Assembly (NCBI GenBank): GCA_002245135.1
Contig: NGBS01001172.1
Location: forward strand, 1-64,000
DNA: 64,000 nt
Reading direction: 5' to 3'
From: Proteromonas lacertae
Lineage: Eukaryota
Shown here: one piece after another, positions 34,487 through 49,888 of the stretch
Layout: every line of letters starts with the position of its first letter
How positions within the stretch are numbered: the first letter of the stretch is position 1
Notes under the pieces: generated by a model
Database searches by the model: none
What the model was told of the DNA's origin: nothing
What the model saw: the letters and a program-made list of their open reading frames with translations, nothing else
Translations under genes and position numbers: made by a program

Positions 34487-37400
34487 TTAATAACCATTTT
34501 TATCCTTTATTTTATATAATTTGCTGTATACCATTCTCTCTATTGTTTCAGTTAGAAAAACCAAATGATTGGATTTAGTAACATCACCTTCATATGTATT
34601 GTATATAAAAAAATCATCATAATCATAACCATAATCAGACTTTGACAGAGATGATATACTAACTCCTTCTATTATTGATTTAGCTTTCTCAACATCAATA
34701 TCATTAATGGTATCAATCATTTTTTTCTCGTTTTTATCATAATTATCAATAATTCCACCATAAAACTCATAATTATTTCTATAATAAGCTATATTATCAA
34801 TATATCTCTAACATCATTTTTCTTTATTTCTTCTGCATTTGCAAGATTTTTCAACTTCAGATAATGTTCTTCATAATTTTTAGAGTATTTTGGATGTTCA
34901 ATTCGAATTACTTTTTCTATTTCTTCTTTTGTAAAGGGTGGTATATACATAATCAGAGGATATCTTTTACTTTGAAATGTTTTATACTCATTTTTAGATG
35001 AATCAGCTAATAATATTATCATACTGGCATCAGGATAATCATCTTCACCAATTACTGCTCCATTACCAACTACAATATATTCATTTGTATATTTACTTGT
35101 ATGAACATATTTTTCATTTGTTATATCTTCATTCTGGTATTTATATATTATATTTATTCTTCCTTCATAAATCTCTTTAATATGTTCAATTATAACTTTT
35201 GCAAATATTCTTTTACCAATTCCTCTATTGCCTAGTATTAAATACATTTTTTGATGTGGACTTGTATTATTTATACCTTCATCAATTATTCTCAACATTT
35301 CTTTATAACATCTTCTCATTAAAAACAATTTTTTATTATATGCAAATATTCATATATTCGACTTTCATCTTCTTTTTTGATATGAAATAAAGGAAGAGGA
35401 AGTGGAGTTTTAACATCAACAAAAGGAAATGCTTTTATTAATTCTTCCAATTCAGAATTACTATTATCATCAACTTCTAAATCTTCTGGTGTGGTGATGG
35501 TTGTGGTGGTGGTTGTGATTGCTGATCTGTGGGAGATGAAATTGTAATATCATGATAAGATTCAATATTGTCTTCGTTTCTTATTATAGCATATTTAAAA
35601 CTACCACTTTTAATCTCACTGTATTCCTATTAAACTATAAATATATAATTTCATACTTTTATTGATTGCTTAATTTTTGTTTCATCATCTAATCTCTCAC
35701 CATTTAATGCTATTTTTATAAACACTCCATTCATTATTAAATCAAACACATTATATTCATCCAATATATGATAAACAGAATGTAAACCACCAACAGGATA
35801 ATGAACTAGAAGTTGTTTATCAGTATAATATTTGAAATTGGAATCTTCTTCTGCTAATGAAATTTCTCCTTTACTCAATTTGTATGATATTATTTGTTTC
35901 ATACATATCTTTTCCATATTTTTATCATTTAGAGATTTATAACTATCTTTTATATCATTATATTCTCTCTCATTTTTTGGTGGATAGAATTTGTAAATAA
36001 TATATCTTTCAATATCATCAGATATGAATTTTAAATTCTCTTTTGGTTTCAATATATAATCTCTTAATTCATAATCCCATTCTAATTTCATGTCATATTT
36101 TAATAATATATTGGATAATGGTTTATATTTTAAATTCCCTCTATTTGAATATAGATTCAGAAATTCATTAAATCCTGTTGAACCAACTACACTATTCATT
36201 AATTGTTGATAATATATCCAATAATCTTTACCATCATAATTTTCTTTATATAAATAATCAAAATAAATCTGTCTTGGGATATTACCATATCTATCACAAA
36301 CATCTTTAAATTCTTCACTTTTAACATAATCATCAATTCTAATATTATTACCAACATTAACATCTGCACATTCTTTAAACCACTCTACAATTTCTTTATT
36401 ATCTAATGAATCAAAATATAATTCTTTACAATTTCTATAACAATCATTATTCTCTTTATCTGGTGAATTAATTGAAATAATTGCATTATCCTCTCCAATG
36501 TGCTCATAATTAATTGTATCAACTATTATTATTGATTCTGTTATATTTTCAATATCTTTAATTGTCATTTCACTTTTCACTAGAGTATAATCATTTTTAC
36601 TCTCATCATATTTATATTCATAAATTCTTTCATCAATAAAAGATCCATTCTTCTTCCCTTTCATCATATATATTGGTCTATTCCAGTCAACTTCAAATAT
36701 GTAATGATTAAATCCAAGTATATTCTCTGTGTATTCTTCACTTCCTTTTTTTCTTAATTCTTCAATCTCGTTTTGAATAAATTTTGACAAATCTCTCATT
36801 TTTTCTATTCTATAATTAGGCTTTTTAATTTCTTCTATTTCATTTTGTAGTTTATTAATCTTGTATTGATTTACTTCTTTTTCTAGTAATATTTTATTAA
36901 TCTCATTTAATTCATCTAAGATTATACTTATCAATGTATATCCAACCAATGTCATATCTTTGTATTGATTTTTATTTAATGTATTAAGTCTATCATCTTC
37001 ATTCATAATGTAACAACAATATCCATCTAATTCTTCTACATCGATGATAACATCTTTTGAAGAAAGGAATTCACTAAGTCTTCCTGATGGTAATAATAAT
37101 TCTTTAATTTTTTTTATTTCATTTTTAATCTCATCATTACAAAAATCTATAATACTGTTGTTATCGTTATTCAAACTATTCATAATGTTATCACATTCAG
37201 TTTTATTCACATTGATGAATTCATAATATCCAAATTTATCTTCTGTTATACTTTTCAAATCTTCACAAATATTTTTTACTTTTCTAACATCTTCATCATC
37301 TATTTTCTTTTCATTGTTTTCTGTTATTAACTTTTCGATTTCTTCATTCAACTCTTCTATTTTTACTTCAATTTCTTTATCATATTTTGTTATTATTTCA

Positions 37401-38456
37401 TCCATTACAACCATTTCATCTTTATATCCAGCAATCTTTAAGTAATTCTTCTGCTCTTCACTATATTCTTTACATAAATTTGTCTTTAAAAAGTATAATA
37501 ATGCATAAATGAAGGAAGTCTTTCCTATACCTGGTTGTCCTTCTATTGATATATTTTGTCGAGGATTTTCTGATAATAATAAACAAATATGTCTAAACAT
37601 TTGTTTATAACATTCTCTAATAAGAATTCTCTTTCTGGGGAATTGAAATACATTTACAGATTCATCAAACTCTAACAACTCTATACCATTATCTACATTT
37701 AATTTTAAAGAATTTACTATTCTGATGAAAGCATCTTCTTTATTTATATCAACACCTGCTAATGGAAAAGAAATTGGAATATTTGTATTTCTCGAAATAA
37801 TCACCACCTGTATTGTTTGGGAATAATCTACTCCTGTATTACACCAAATTGATTATTATTGTTATTTTGGCAAATAAACCACCATTTGTATTGTTTGACA
37901 TTAATCCAACACTTGTATTGTTTGACAATAAATCGCACTTCTATCACCACCTTTGTCACTATCTAGAAATAAACGATTTACGATATGCTGTAATTCATTC
38001 TCACTTAACTGTAGACTCTTTGACCTTTTGCGTACCTGAGTAGAAATATATCACTCTTTTCTTCTTTGCATTTTCCACTACATACATTTACACTTCTTCT
38101 CTTTACTTGAAATATCTGACCTATAAACAATATAATACTATATATTTACTTTGCTTCTACTTGAGGAGATTCTTACATATTTTATCATTCATCTTTGATA
38201 CATCATTAACAGAAGGAGTGTGGACTGGTTGACTTACACTTGTGTTGATTACAACTCTCATCATTCTTCTCATACAATAAAACATCTACTTTTTTTACAA
38301 CTGTAACTGCAGGAATTTGCTATAAACATTAAACATTTAATATTTACCAGTTTGTGAATTATCAAGATATATTTCACCCTCATCGATCTTTGACTCTTCA
38401 TTCTTTAGTCTATGGCGTTTTTTATGAACGCTTTGATCGGCTTTATTTTTATTCAT
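34487..38456 (-). pseudogene. Second, degraded Crinkler/RHS-type NTPase paralogue
   Basis: GQPGIGKTSFIY, YGNIPRQIY, the same SIK|intron position as the first copy, second module GNRGIGKR; frameshifted N-terminal exons and truncated C-terminus. Confidence 0.65.
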
Positions 38457-38768
38457 AATAAATTTGAATGAATCAAGCAATAAATCAAGCCATCCAATCA
38501 AATCTCTTTAAAATTATTCATTTTGTTTGTGTATAGTAAATTATAAAGAATATTAAAGAAATAATTAGTCAATCAATGTGTTATATTATTGTATTTATGA
38601 TATTATAATTAGTTTTATAATCACTTGAATTGTGTGATTAGTCATTTCTATTATTTTTTGATATACTGATGAATATATCCAGAACTAGTGATATATGATA
38701 AGAATTGTTATATTGTTTTTCTGTATTAAGTAAAAATGTCAAACAACACTCTTTATTCAAACTATATG

Positions 38769-40198
38769 TTATTTTCTTAAATAAATATCTTTCAAGGTTG
38801 AAACTACCCTTATTAGTTTATCATTTTCTAGTTTAAAATTTGGCATTTGAGAAATTGTTAATTTCAGTGGTTTTTCGATAAAATAAGGATGTTGTAAAGC
38901 TTCACAAGCACTTATTCTCTTACTTGGATTATATTCTAATAATCTTCTTAATAAATCATAACCTTCAGTTGAGATAAACATTTGACCATTCTATTATATT
39001 TTATATTATATTCTGTAATATACTTGTTTTCCATGTTGTTGTAAAGTTTGTTTTAACTGATCAGGATATTGAGGGATTTTCATATTTTGAAAATAAGGTG
39101 ATTTATTCATCTCACATAATTCTTCATTTTTTGGACTTCCTAAGATTTTGAATATCTTTAATAATTGATCTATCTCACCTTCACCTCGAAATAATGGTTG
39201 TCTCAATATTAATTCACCAAATATACATCTATTGACAAATATATAAATCATTAATTTTATATATATAAATACCCTATACTCCACATATCAACAGCTGTTG
39301 AATATTTCAATTTTTCATTATCACTTGGTTTATTTGCAATTTCTTGACCTGTTAATAATAATTCTGGAGGTCTGTAGTATTGAGTAATCACTAATTGAGT
39401 ATAAGATCTTAAAGGATCACCATATTTTCTACTACTTCCGAAATCAGCTATACATATTCGACCAGATTTATATAGAATATTGGAAGTCTTCAAATCTCGA
39501 TGAATATACCATTTACTATGTAAATATTCAATTCCACTTAATAGTTGAAACATTATACACTTTATTTCTTCGAAAGAAAATGGATATTTCATTCTTTCTA
39601 ATATATATCTTAAATCATAATCCATATAATCCATTACCATATATACAGCTTTATTATCTGGATTTATTACCATTTCTCGAACATTTATTATGTTTGGATG
39701 ATGTAAATCCAATAAAACTATTATAATAATAGTAAATAATTGATTATACTGTTTGTTTCTCTTAAAGCAGTAATTGGAAAACCTTCACTAGCTAATCTAC
39801 CTTCTATTTTTACTTTCTTTAAAGCATAACATTCTTTTGTCTCATTGTCTTCAGCTAAGTAAACTGATCCATAGGTTCCTTCTCCAAGATATTTTATTCT
39901 TGTGTAACAATAAACTTCTCTACAACCCTATTATAAATTAATACCATCACAGTTATACTTCCAATAAAGGATTGTGTGTTTTTATTATTTTCTCTTCATT
40001 TTCTTTTAATATTTGCTTATAAGAATCTTCTTCTACATTTTTTATCTCATTTTCATTGTTATATACATCTTCAACACCAGCTTGTTTAATTCTTTTACTC
40101 TCCTCATTTTCACTATCATTTTCTTCGACTTCCCATCTACTTCTGCTCTTTTTTCGTTTTTCTGGATGATCTGATTCTCTATTGTCCATATTTAGCAT
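38769..40198 (-). CDS. CDK11/CDK10-like cyclin-dependent kinase (multi-exon)
   Basis: [35 protein letters not shown]; short GT-AG introns. Confidence 0.85.
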
Positions 40199-40337
40199 AA
40201 AATAATTTTGGTATAAGCTTGACTCTTATGTTTGATTTAAATTTTAATTCACTAAATTTCTCATCAAATTAATGTTTTAAATTTATAAATTCCTCTTAAT
40301 CAACAATATTGAAATAACAATAATAATGATAATTAGT

Positions 40338-41163
40338 CTAATTTAATGATTGAATTATAGATTCAACTATTTCTATTGGTTCAAGTTTATATCCTTCTCC
40401 TGGTGTAATTGTAGCTAATTCAACATTTGTTTTACTAATTTTTTCTTCCATCACCTGCTTCAAAATAGAGAGTGATAACTTCTCAGCATCTTTTAAACTC
40501 ATTGAACTATTATAATCTTCTTGTAAACGAGACTGAGCACCTTCAGCACCACTGCCAATGGCATGAGCTTGATATTTAATAAATGTACCTGAAGGATCTG
40601 TGACATATAAAACAACATTTCCATTATCAATTCCTCCTAATATTAAAGAGACACCAAATGGTCTGGATATATCACTATCTTCATCTTCACCAAAACTAAG
40701 TGCTTTATCACAGAGAGATTGAGCTATTGCCTCAATTGGCATTTTTTCATCATATGTGAATGTATGATTTTGGCAAACTACACGAGCATGATCTATAAGT
40801 GTTCTTGCATCAGCTGTAATACCACTAACTGCTGCACCAACATGAGAATCAATCTTAAAAGTCTTCTCAACACTAGAATAAGTATATAATGGATTTTTGA
40901 AAATACCTGGATGGATCTAAAAGTGGTGATGTAATTCTTTTCTCAACAGCTAGAACAACACCTTCATTCGTTCTTATACCTAGAGCTGTAGTGCCAAGCT
41001 AGGATAAAATATTAAATCTTTTATGATCTTATACTTTTATTGCTTCAATTGCATATTCAACTTGAAATAATCTACCTTCTGGAGAGAAGGTGTTGACACC
41101 TCTATCATATTCACTTCTATACAAATATATATAAAAATAGAAATAATACCTGGTTAAAAACAT
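40338..41163 (-). CDS. PSMA5: 20S proteasome subunit alpha 5
   Basis: [34 protein letters not shown]...SRPFGVSL...[10 protein letters not shown]; three short introns. Confidence 0.93.
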
Positions 41164-41266
41164 CTCAAGTAAAAAGAAGAAGAATAATTATAATTTTCTA
41201 TAAACTTGGCTTGACTCTTTTTGGTTTTTTATTTTTTGTCATATCGTGTGAAACAATAGAAACTGT

Positions 41267-43197
41267 ATGTTCATTCCAACTTCAGTGAAGCGCAAGTATA
41301 ATGGGGAAATAATAAATAATCCAAAGCAAATAAAAGTTGAATCAAAGGCAAATATTGAAGAAAACAAGCATATTTCGTTATTTGATTATGCTTTAGATGA
41401 TAAAGAAACAAATGAAGAATCTGCAGATGACGATAATTCTGTTGTTGAATTTTCAAGAAATCAGAGATATCCAAAAGAAGGAGAGCCTGTGTGTATAGTA
41501 TGTGGTAGATATGGAGAATATATTTGCGATGAAACAAACAAAGATGTTTGTAGTTTAGAATGTAAAAAGAAACATCTTCAATCAATACAAAAAACAAATA
41601 AATTAGCTATAGAAGAATCACTTTTACCACTTTCTAGCAAAATAATAAATTATACAGAACATGAAGAAATAAGTAAATTAACTGAAGAACAAGTAGAAAA
41701 CATAAGAAACTCATTATATATATCAGTAAAAGGTGATAATATACCAAAGCCAAGTATTTACATCTTTTTTTATGTTGTTTATAGTTATTCAATTTTCACA
41801 TTGTAATTTCCCTGATAGAATAATTGAGAATATGAAACTTGAGAATTATATAACTCCTACACCAATACAAATGCAAGCAGTATAAATATATATATAATCT
41901 ATTATCATTTTATTATAATAGATTCCTGTGTTATTATTACATCGTAATTGTGTAATATGTTCTCCAACAGGTTCAGGAAAATCATTGTCATTTATATTGC
42001 CATCTATTATAACTGTAAATATAAAATATCCACAAATTCAATCAATTCTACAATCATCAGAAACTACTCATAGTTTGCCAATTATTCTAATAATTACACC
42101 AACAAGAGAATTAGCAATGCAGATTGAAATACAAATAAAAAGTTTGATAAAAGGTTTTAATAATTATAAAACAGCGTTATTAGTAGGTGGTGAAGCAATG
42201 CCAGTTCAGTTATATAGATTAAAGCAAAAAGAAATACAATTTATAATTGGTACTCCAGGTAGAATATTGGATATAATTCATTCTCAACCTGATATATTGA
42301 ATTTCTCATATATTTCTACAATAATTGTTGATGAAATTGACACATTGTTAAAAAGTGGATTTGAAAATCAGGTAAATGAAATTATATCGTTTTTACCAGT
42401 TGAAAAACAGTTAGTTTTAGTTAGTGCAACAATACCACCAAACACAGAAAAATATGCAAGTAAAAACTTGATTAATCCTATCTTTATAAAAATTGGAAAT
42501 GAAAAAACACAAGTAAATGAAGTGATAGAACAACATGTAATTTGGGCAGAAGAAAAATCAAAGAAAAATAAATTATTTGATATTATTCAAGATCCATTAA
42601 AATATAAACCACCAATGGTTGTATTTGTTGATAATAAAATAGGAACGCAGTTATTATCAGATGCAATTACAACAAAGACTGAAATACCTTCAACATTTGT
42701 TCATGGTGATTTAAAACAAGATGAAAGAGTAAGATCTTTGAATAGTTTTTTAAATGGAGCTTATAATGTATATATATATATATATATATATATTTATTAA
42801 AAGTAATTTTACGATTATATAGATTATTGTAAGTACAAGTATGCTTGGAAGAGGTTTAGATTTACTAAAAGTTCAAACTGTAGTTAATTTTGATATGCCT
42901 AATAATATCAATGATTATGTACATCAGATTGGAAGAGCAGGTAGGCTTGGACAGAAAGGATATGCATATTCGTTTGTTAATCAGAAAAATGAAAAGTTGT
43001 TCTTCCCATTAGTGCAAATCTTGAGAGATTCTGGATTTATCATTCCACATCAAATACTGAATAATAAATATTATCTATCAAAGAAAGATCATACAAAACT
43101 CGAGAAAAGAAAAGTAAAATGTTCAAGTGCTCCTTGTAGTGCTGATCCAGTATATCTACATGAATGGAAGAAATGGCAAGAAAAACATAATAGTTAG
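41267..43197 (+). CDS. DDX59: zf-HIT plus DEAD-box RNA helicase (DDX59/RH41-like)
   Basis: CIVCGRYGEYICDETNKDVCSLECK, PTGSGKS, PTRELA, DEID, SAT, HQIGRAGR. Confidence 0.88.
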
Positions 43198-43268
43198 TTA
43201 TTATAAGTCTTTTTTCATTTTAATTTATCAAGCTTTTTGTTTGATTTTTTGGAGGGAAATTTAAAAGA

Positions 43269-44554
43269 ATGATAGGGAATGTGAAATGCGATTTAGTTTA
43301 TGATGAAAACTATTGTCAGAATAGATATCATTTGTTAGAATTGAATGATACACTCAATAAAGCAATAGAAGCAAATGAACCGTATATTAAAACTAGTCTG
43401 TTACTATATCATATAGACTATACATAAGAGGACTGCCAGATAGAGAAGCTGTTATATGCACACAAAAAGAAACGTAATTATTTCATTTATTAATTTTTAG
43501 GTTTCTATTGAAAAAAGTAGAAACATCTAACACAGTTTATTTAACCAATCTATCAGAAGCTATAGAAGGAAGTGAACAAAATAAAGAAATCAATATTTCA
43601 ACAAAAATAGATTTTACTGTTGATGCTTTTCATACAACCCCTAAAATAGAAGAATTAAATAATTATTTATCAAGACACATATATGGGGATACAGAACATC
43701 AAGCAAAAAAGAGGAAATTGGATGATAACATATCAAAATATGTTAAAGTATATTTAATTCAAATAACACATTTATATAGGATTTTACATTTAACAGTCTA
43801 TTAATTATAGCTCAATGTTCAGATGAAGAGTTACGAATCTTATTAAATAAAATTGGTGCAATATTAATAGAGAATGAGTATTATATACTATCAAATGAAT
43901 CAAAACATAATTATGAAGATATTGTTATTAATTATTTGATTGAAAATAGTGTAAGTTATAAAGATGTATCTTTGACTAAATTAATGGAATCATATCCATC
44001 TGGTAATATTGATATTATGGTATATATATATATGTCGTTTTTAATGATTTATAGAAATCGATTTTACATTTATTATCAAGTGAAATAAACATAAATAATA
44101 ATGATGATGATATTTATCATTTATCACCAGTCAAACTAGTACAGTCAAAAATAAAGATATTATTTAATCAAAATAAAACAAATACAGTGAAGAAAACAAC
44201 GTTTATAAATGACTTAAAAGAACACCTTCCTGATGATATAGAAATAAAAGCAGAAACTATGTTTAAAGGCTATTTATTATCTTATAATAATAATGATTTT
44301 TACCAATATTTTCCTGTGGATGAATTATCAATGAATCCCGTTGAGAGATTTAAAGAATTGTTTAAATTCAAACAAAGTTGGATATATGATGATATTGAAC
44401 CTTATATTGTGTATAATTATTACTATCTCATATTATATATAGAGATTTAACCAATCTAACTACAAAAGTAAACGATCTGTTAATGAAATACACAAAATGT
44501 AGTTTTAAAACAGTATTAGGTGTTGGTAGAATAAAAGAGTATTATGCTAAGTAA
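43269..44554 (+). CDS. DCC1: Sister chromatid cohesion protein Dcc1 (multi-exon)
   Basis: EAVICTQKET.LKKVETSNTVYL, AQCSDEEL, ERFKELFKFKQSW..DDIEPYI. Confidence 0.8.
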
Positions 44555-44644
44555 CATATTGAGTATTTATTCCTATTTTTTATTAGCCAATCTACTCCAA
44601 TTCAACATAATTAAAAGAAGAAAAAAAATATAGTTATTATTACT

Positions 44645-45815
44645 TTATAATTCATTTCCAATAGTCACCCAAAAATTCCTCAAATTATTTCTCCTTCCAA
44701 AAATCTCAAGATAATATCCATTTGGAACTAATTTCTCAATAAACTCATAAATTTCAGTTGGTTTCTGACTCTGCCCTCTTCTTTCACTAAATATCATATC
44801 AGGTAACTGCCCTTTACCAACATCAGGAATTCCATTGGGATCTTTTGGATCTACTTTCTTTCCGATTAGACATACTTCCTTACAATGTTGTAAATAAAAT
44901 CCATGTGACTTTGATATTCTTCTATCACTTGATTTCACCCAAGCAATTTCATCAATTGGTTTATAACCCCATCTACTCATTAGATCATAGGCAAATCGAT
45001 ATTTTGCATTAATAGCCCATATGAATATATATCCACTAGTTGATAATTTATCTATCCTCATCGATTCAATCATTGTGTCTTGTAATTGCGAATATCCAAT
45101 AGCAACACCTCTTGAAGGATTAGCTGAGGCTAATTGCCATGGCGGATCCATCATAATACAGTCAAACAATCTACCAGCTGTTTCTAATTGTGTTTTTGCT
45201 AATTTGTCCCAACTGTAGTTCATAACATCTGCACATATTGGAATACAGTGTTCTGGAGGTATCCAGATCATATCTTCATTCTCTATTATTTCATTACTAT
45301 TGTATTCATTGTTTTTCTTATCTACATTTTCATCTCCATTTTCTAAAGAAACTGTGTTTTCGTCTAAAGTATCATGTTTTCGTTTTTTAGATGTTAATTC
45401 CGAGGTTAAATGCTCATCCCAACTTTCACATAACTCGTATTCAAGATCCTCTATTTTCTTTTTGAGCATTTCAATCTTCTCTGATTGTTGCTTCTCCTTA
45501 TCAACCGCTTTGCTTTGCATTGGGGTTGTATGAAATGTTTTTAGTGGTTTCTTATCACTAGTGACAGGTTTTATTAGAGTATCTAGAATAATAAATTAAA
45601 CGACTATACAATTTTGACTATAGATGCTTGAATCACAAATGGGACATATCCAATCATCATTAGCTGTAGATTCTGACACTTTTACACTATTATTGTTAAT
45701 AGTCATCAATATAATACCATTTACCGTGGAAATATCCTCTACACCATTTGCATTGTATCATAAACCCACATTTTGGTCCACAACACACGCAATTAGCTAC
45801 ATTTATTCCTTCCAT
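44645..45815 (-). CDS. MT-A70 adenine methyltransferase of the AMT1/MTA1 type with an N-terminal PHD finger
   Basis: DPPWQLASANPSRGVAIGY, IWAINAKY, HGFYLQHCKE, QSQKP, EIFGRRNN. Removing 31-nt and 27-nt introns adds MEGINVANCVCCGPKCGFMIQCKWCRGYFHGKC...WICPIC in frame. Confidence 0.88.
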
Positions 45816-46275
45816 TTTCTAAAAATACATTCGTTTTATAAGAATTGGCGCCAAAAAATAAATTTCGATTATTTTCTCTTTGTGTGATGAAATAGATTAT
45901 TTTTTTATGAATTTTGGGATTAATAAATAAAAATAAATAGATAAATAAAAAAAAATGAGAAAATTAAATTGTGTTCCATTTATTAATATGCTGTTTAAGC
46001 TTAATTTTACTTCTTTTGTAATTAAGCTCTTTTAGTTTGTATAATGTAATAAAAGTAAGAATAGTTTAACTAATTTATGAAAGAGAAACAATACAATCGT
46101 TTAAATAAATAATCACACTATCATGTTGAATTATGTTATGCATTTTTGAATATTCCTAACTTAAAAATGTTAAAAATGAATAGAAATTGTTAAATAAACA
46201 ATTGGCTTGGCTTGATTAAAATCAATCTTTTTCCCACTCATTTTTGATTATATTTTTGTACCCAAAATTTAAAAT

Positions 46276-49200
46276 ATGTCAGATCTTCCAAGAGAACATC
46301 TCAAAAATGGATTTATGACTAAAAGAGTATTGTCTATGACCTATATAATCTACTGTAGGGACATCTTGTAAAGAACTGGAAGAGAAGGTATTTTGTCTTA
46401 ACATCTAATGAATTATCATATTTCACTGTATTTTCGAAATACTTATAGTTATAGGATCAATCTCAGAAAAACAAAAAGAACACAATCTGTCTAGAACATG
46501 TTGGCACAATTAAACCAACAAATGACGAAGAAGGATACAGTATAAAAGTGCTGTAAATATTATGCATTAGCTAATCTTATAAGACTTACAACTGATTCTG
46601 ATGAATATTTATTTTCATGCGATACTCCTGAAGATCGTGATGCATGGATAAATGCCTTAGAAGCAGCACACAATTGTAACCCATTAGTTGCCAATTCAGA
46701 AATTGTTTATGTTAGATACACTCAAGAAGAAACTCCAGAAATAATAAATTCATATTATAACCGTTTAGTAACGAATTTCTGTGAGGCGTCATCCTTTAGT
46801 ACTCATTTTGACAGTTTATTATGTTTGACTGCATTCTTTGCAAGAACATATAACTCTAGTTCAAAAGTATTGAATATAATTTATTATTATTAGCAAGTAT
46901 ATAATTATGAAGCAACTTTAGCTCGATGTAATAACATTACTGAAGTAGTAACAAAGAAAAGAGATAAATCATTAATTAATATGACTTGGGGTGATGATAT
47001 GGAACCAATGTATAATGTTTAATAATTGTTTGTATAGTTATCAAGATTTCTTTGATATAATTAATGGATTGAAGAAACATATTGAAGAAGCAATGAGATG
47101 TAATGCCTCTGGATCAACTCCTTCTGTTTCTAGTGAAGATAATACATCATCCACAACATCAGTAACAAAATTAGATGAAGGACAACCAAAGAAATTATTT
47201 AAAAAGAATTATGTATATATTTATATTAATAGTTTATTAATGTTTTTTTTAGAAATTAAAAGCTCAATTAGGTCAAGGTTCTTATTCAGTAGTTCATGAA
47301 GCAGAAAACCTATTAACTCATGAAAGAGTTGCTGTGAAATGTATTACAAAAAGCAAACTAAGTGCTGGTGACTTAGATGCATTAAAGAATGAAGTAAGTA
47401 TAATGAGACAATTAAATCATCCAAATATTGTGAAACTAGAAGATTTTTATGAAGAAGATGATATGTATTATATTGTTACTGAATTATTAGATGGTATATA
47501 TATATATATATATATGTTATTTATTATTTATTTATTTAGGTGGTGAATTATTTGATAAAATCGTAGAAAAGAAATTCTACACAGAAATTGAAGCAAGAGA
47601 TGTGATAAAGACAATCACAGGAGCAATTGCTTATTGTCACGAACACAATATAGTTCATCGTGATTTAAAGCCTGAGAATATATTACTATCTTCCAATGGT
47701 GAATTGAAACTAGCAGATTTTGGATTTGCTAAAAGTACTGAGACAAAAGGAAGACTTCAAACTGATTGTGGTTCTCCTTGGTATGTTGCTCCAGAAATAT
47801 TAGAGAATAAATTATATGGTACTGAAGTAGATATGTGGAGTTTAGGTGTAATTATTTATATTATATTAAGTGGATTTCCACCATTTCATGATAATAATCA
47901 AGCCAGATTGTTCCGTAAGATCAGATCTGGGAAATTCCAATTTTTATCACCTTATTGGGATAATATCTCAGCTGAAGCGAAAGATTTAATAAAACATTTA
48001 CTAGTTGTAGATCCTAGGTCAAGATATGATGCAAGACAAGTGTTAAACCATAAGTGGTTTACTACAAGTTGTGTTGGTGCTGCTTCTAATCGAAAACTTT
48101 TGGGTGCTCAACAAGGACTTCGTACATTTAATGATACAAGAAGAAAGAATATTATAAGACAAGGATATTTGATTAAACAAGGTCATATTATTAAGAATTG
48201 GAAAAAGAGAAGTTTTGTATTGACAGCTGAAAGTTTATCTTATTATACAGTATTATTATTATTATTATATATATTATATAGGATGAAACAGCCATTATAC
48301 CAAAAGGAACAATTAAGTTATCCACAATCGAACAAGTAATCAATGGTTCAAAAGAAACAAACTTCATTGTTGAAACAAAAGGAAAAAGTTATGATATACA
48401 AGCCAAAAACTTGAAAGAAAGAGAAAAATGGAAGAATGCAATCATTTCTGCTAGAAGATGTTGGATGTTGATTGATAGAGCTCAAATTGCTATTGGAGAA
48501 GGAAGAGTTAGAGATGTATAGATTATAATATTATTATATTATATTATTATTATTATAGGCAATTGATATGATAGGTGAAGCTAGACGATCTGAAGGTATG
48601 ATTTTAAATAGTAAAGTCATCTCCTTATGGGGTAAAGTTGGTACAAAATGTGAAAGAAATGCATGTGCAGCTGTATTAAATATGAATACATATCGTGGTT
48701 CAACTACATTATCAGTATATTGTATTGAACTTGGTAGTGTTTTAGATAAAGATTATTTACTCTTAGGTTCATCAAAAGGTATTATTCAAATAATGTCATT
48801 GGATGGTTTGATCACTGCCAATTTGAATTTAGGCGAAGACACTGATATTACATCATTATCATTACAAACATCCACAGGATTGTTATTATCAACAACGAGA
48901 AATGGAAAAGTGCAATTTTGGTCATTGACAAGTAGGAAATTATATTCAAATATTGTTGTATATATTATTATTATTATTATTATTATATAAATAGTCTCAT
49001 AATGGTGCTGTATTATGTTGTGCAATTTCCAAAATCAAACCAATCGCAGCAACAGGTGGTGATGATGGTGCAGTTCGTTTCTATGATCCAACTGACTTCC
49101 GATTAATCGCTCAACAGTGTGAACATAGTGGTAAAGTATGTTGCATTAGTTTCAGTAATATGAGTAAATATGTAATCTCTGGTGGTGAAAATGGTGAATT

Positions 49201-49888
49201 AATTATATGGGATGCAATGACTCATGCTAGAGAAACAAAGTTAGAAGGTCATTCAGGAACAATCAATTCGCTCTATGTAAATAGTAATGACTATCTATTA
49301 ACAGGAGGAGAAGATAAGAAAGTGATATTATGGAATATGGAAACATTAACTTATGAAAAAGAATTAGGATGTAAAGACATAGTGGATAGTGGAGATGATG
49401 AGATAGTATTAGAACATCTATCACCTGTTGTTAGTGTTTCATTAAGTTATGATTTGAATTGGGGTATTTCAGCTGATATTGATGGTAAAGTAATTATTTG
49501 GGATTTAAGAACTGGTATTCCTGAAGCAATGTGTAGAATGTCTGCTAAATTGAATACAATATTATATTCAATAGATGGAACAACATTTTATTGTGGTACT
49601 TCTTCAGGTGTTGAAAAGTGGATTTTAGATTGGGTTTTGACTTATGAAGGAAGAGAATATCCTCCTCCTATTTGGTTATTATCCAATGGACATCATTCTG
49701 TACCTCCATTATTATCGACTGGTGATATTACTACAACGAATGCATCTGATTCAATCAATACTGTTGATACTAATGCTTCTTCATCAGTTACAACAGTTCC
49801 TGTAGCTCCACAAACAGTGGAGGATAGTAGTGAAAAAAATAAACTTCCACCACCACCAACAGCAACTACTGAAGTTGCTGATAAATGA
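46276..49888 (+). CDS. PH - CAMK-type Ser/Thr kinase - PH - WD40 multidomain protein (multi-exon)
   Basis: GHLVKNWKRRYFVL, HRDLKPEN, ADFG, CGSPWYVAPE, GHIIKNWKKRSFVL and GH...WD repeats. Confidence 0.8.
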
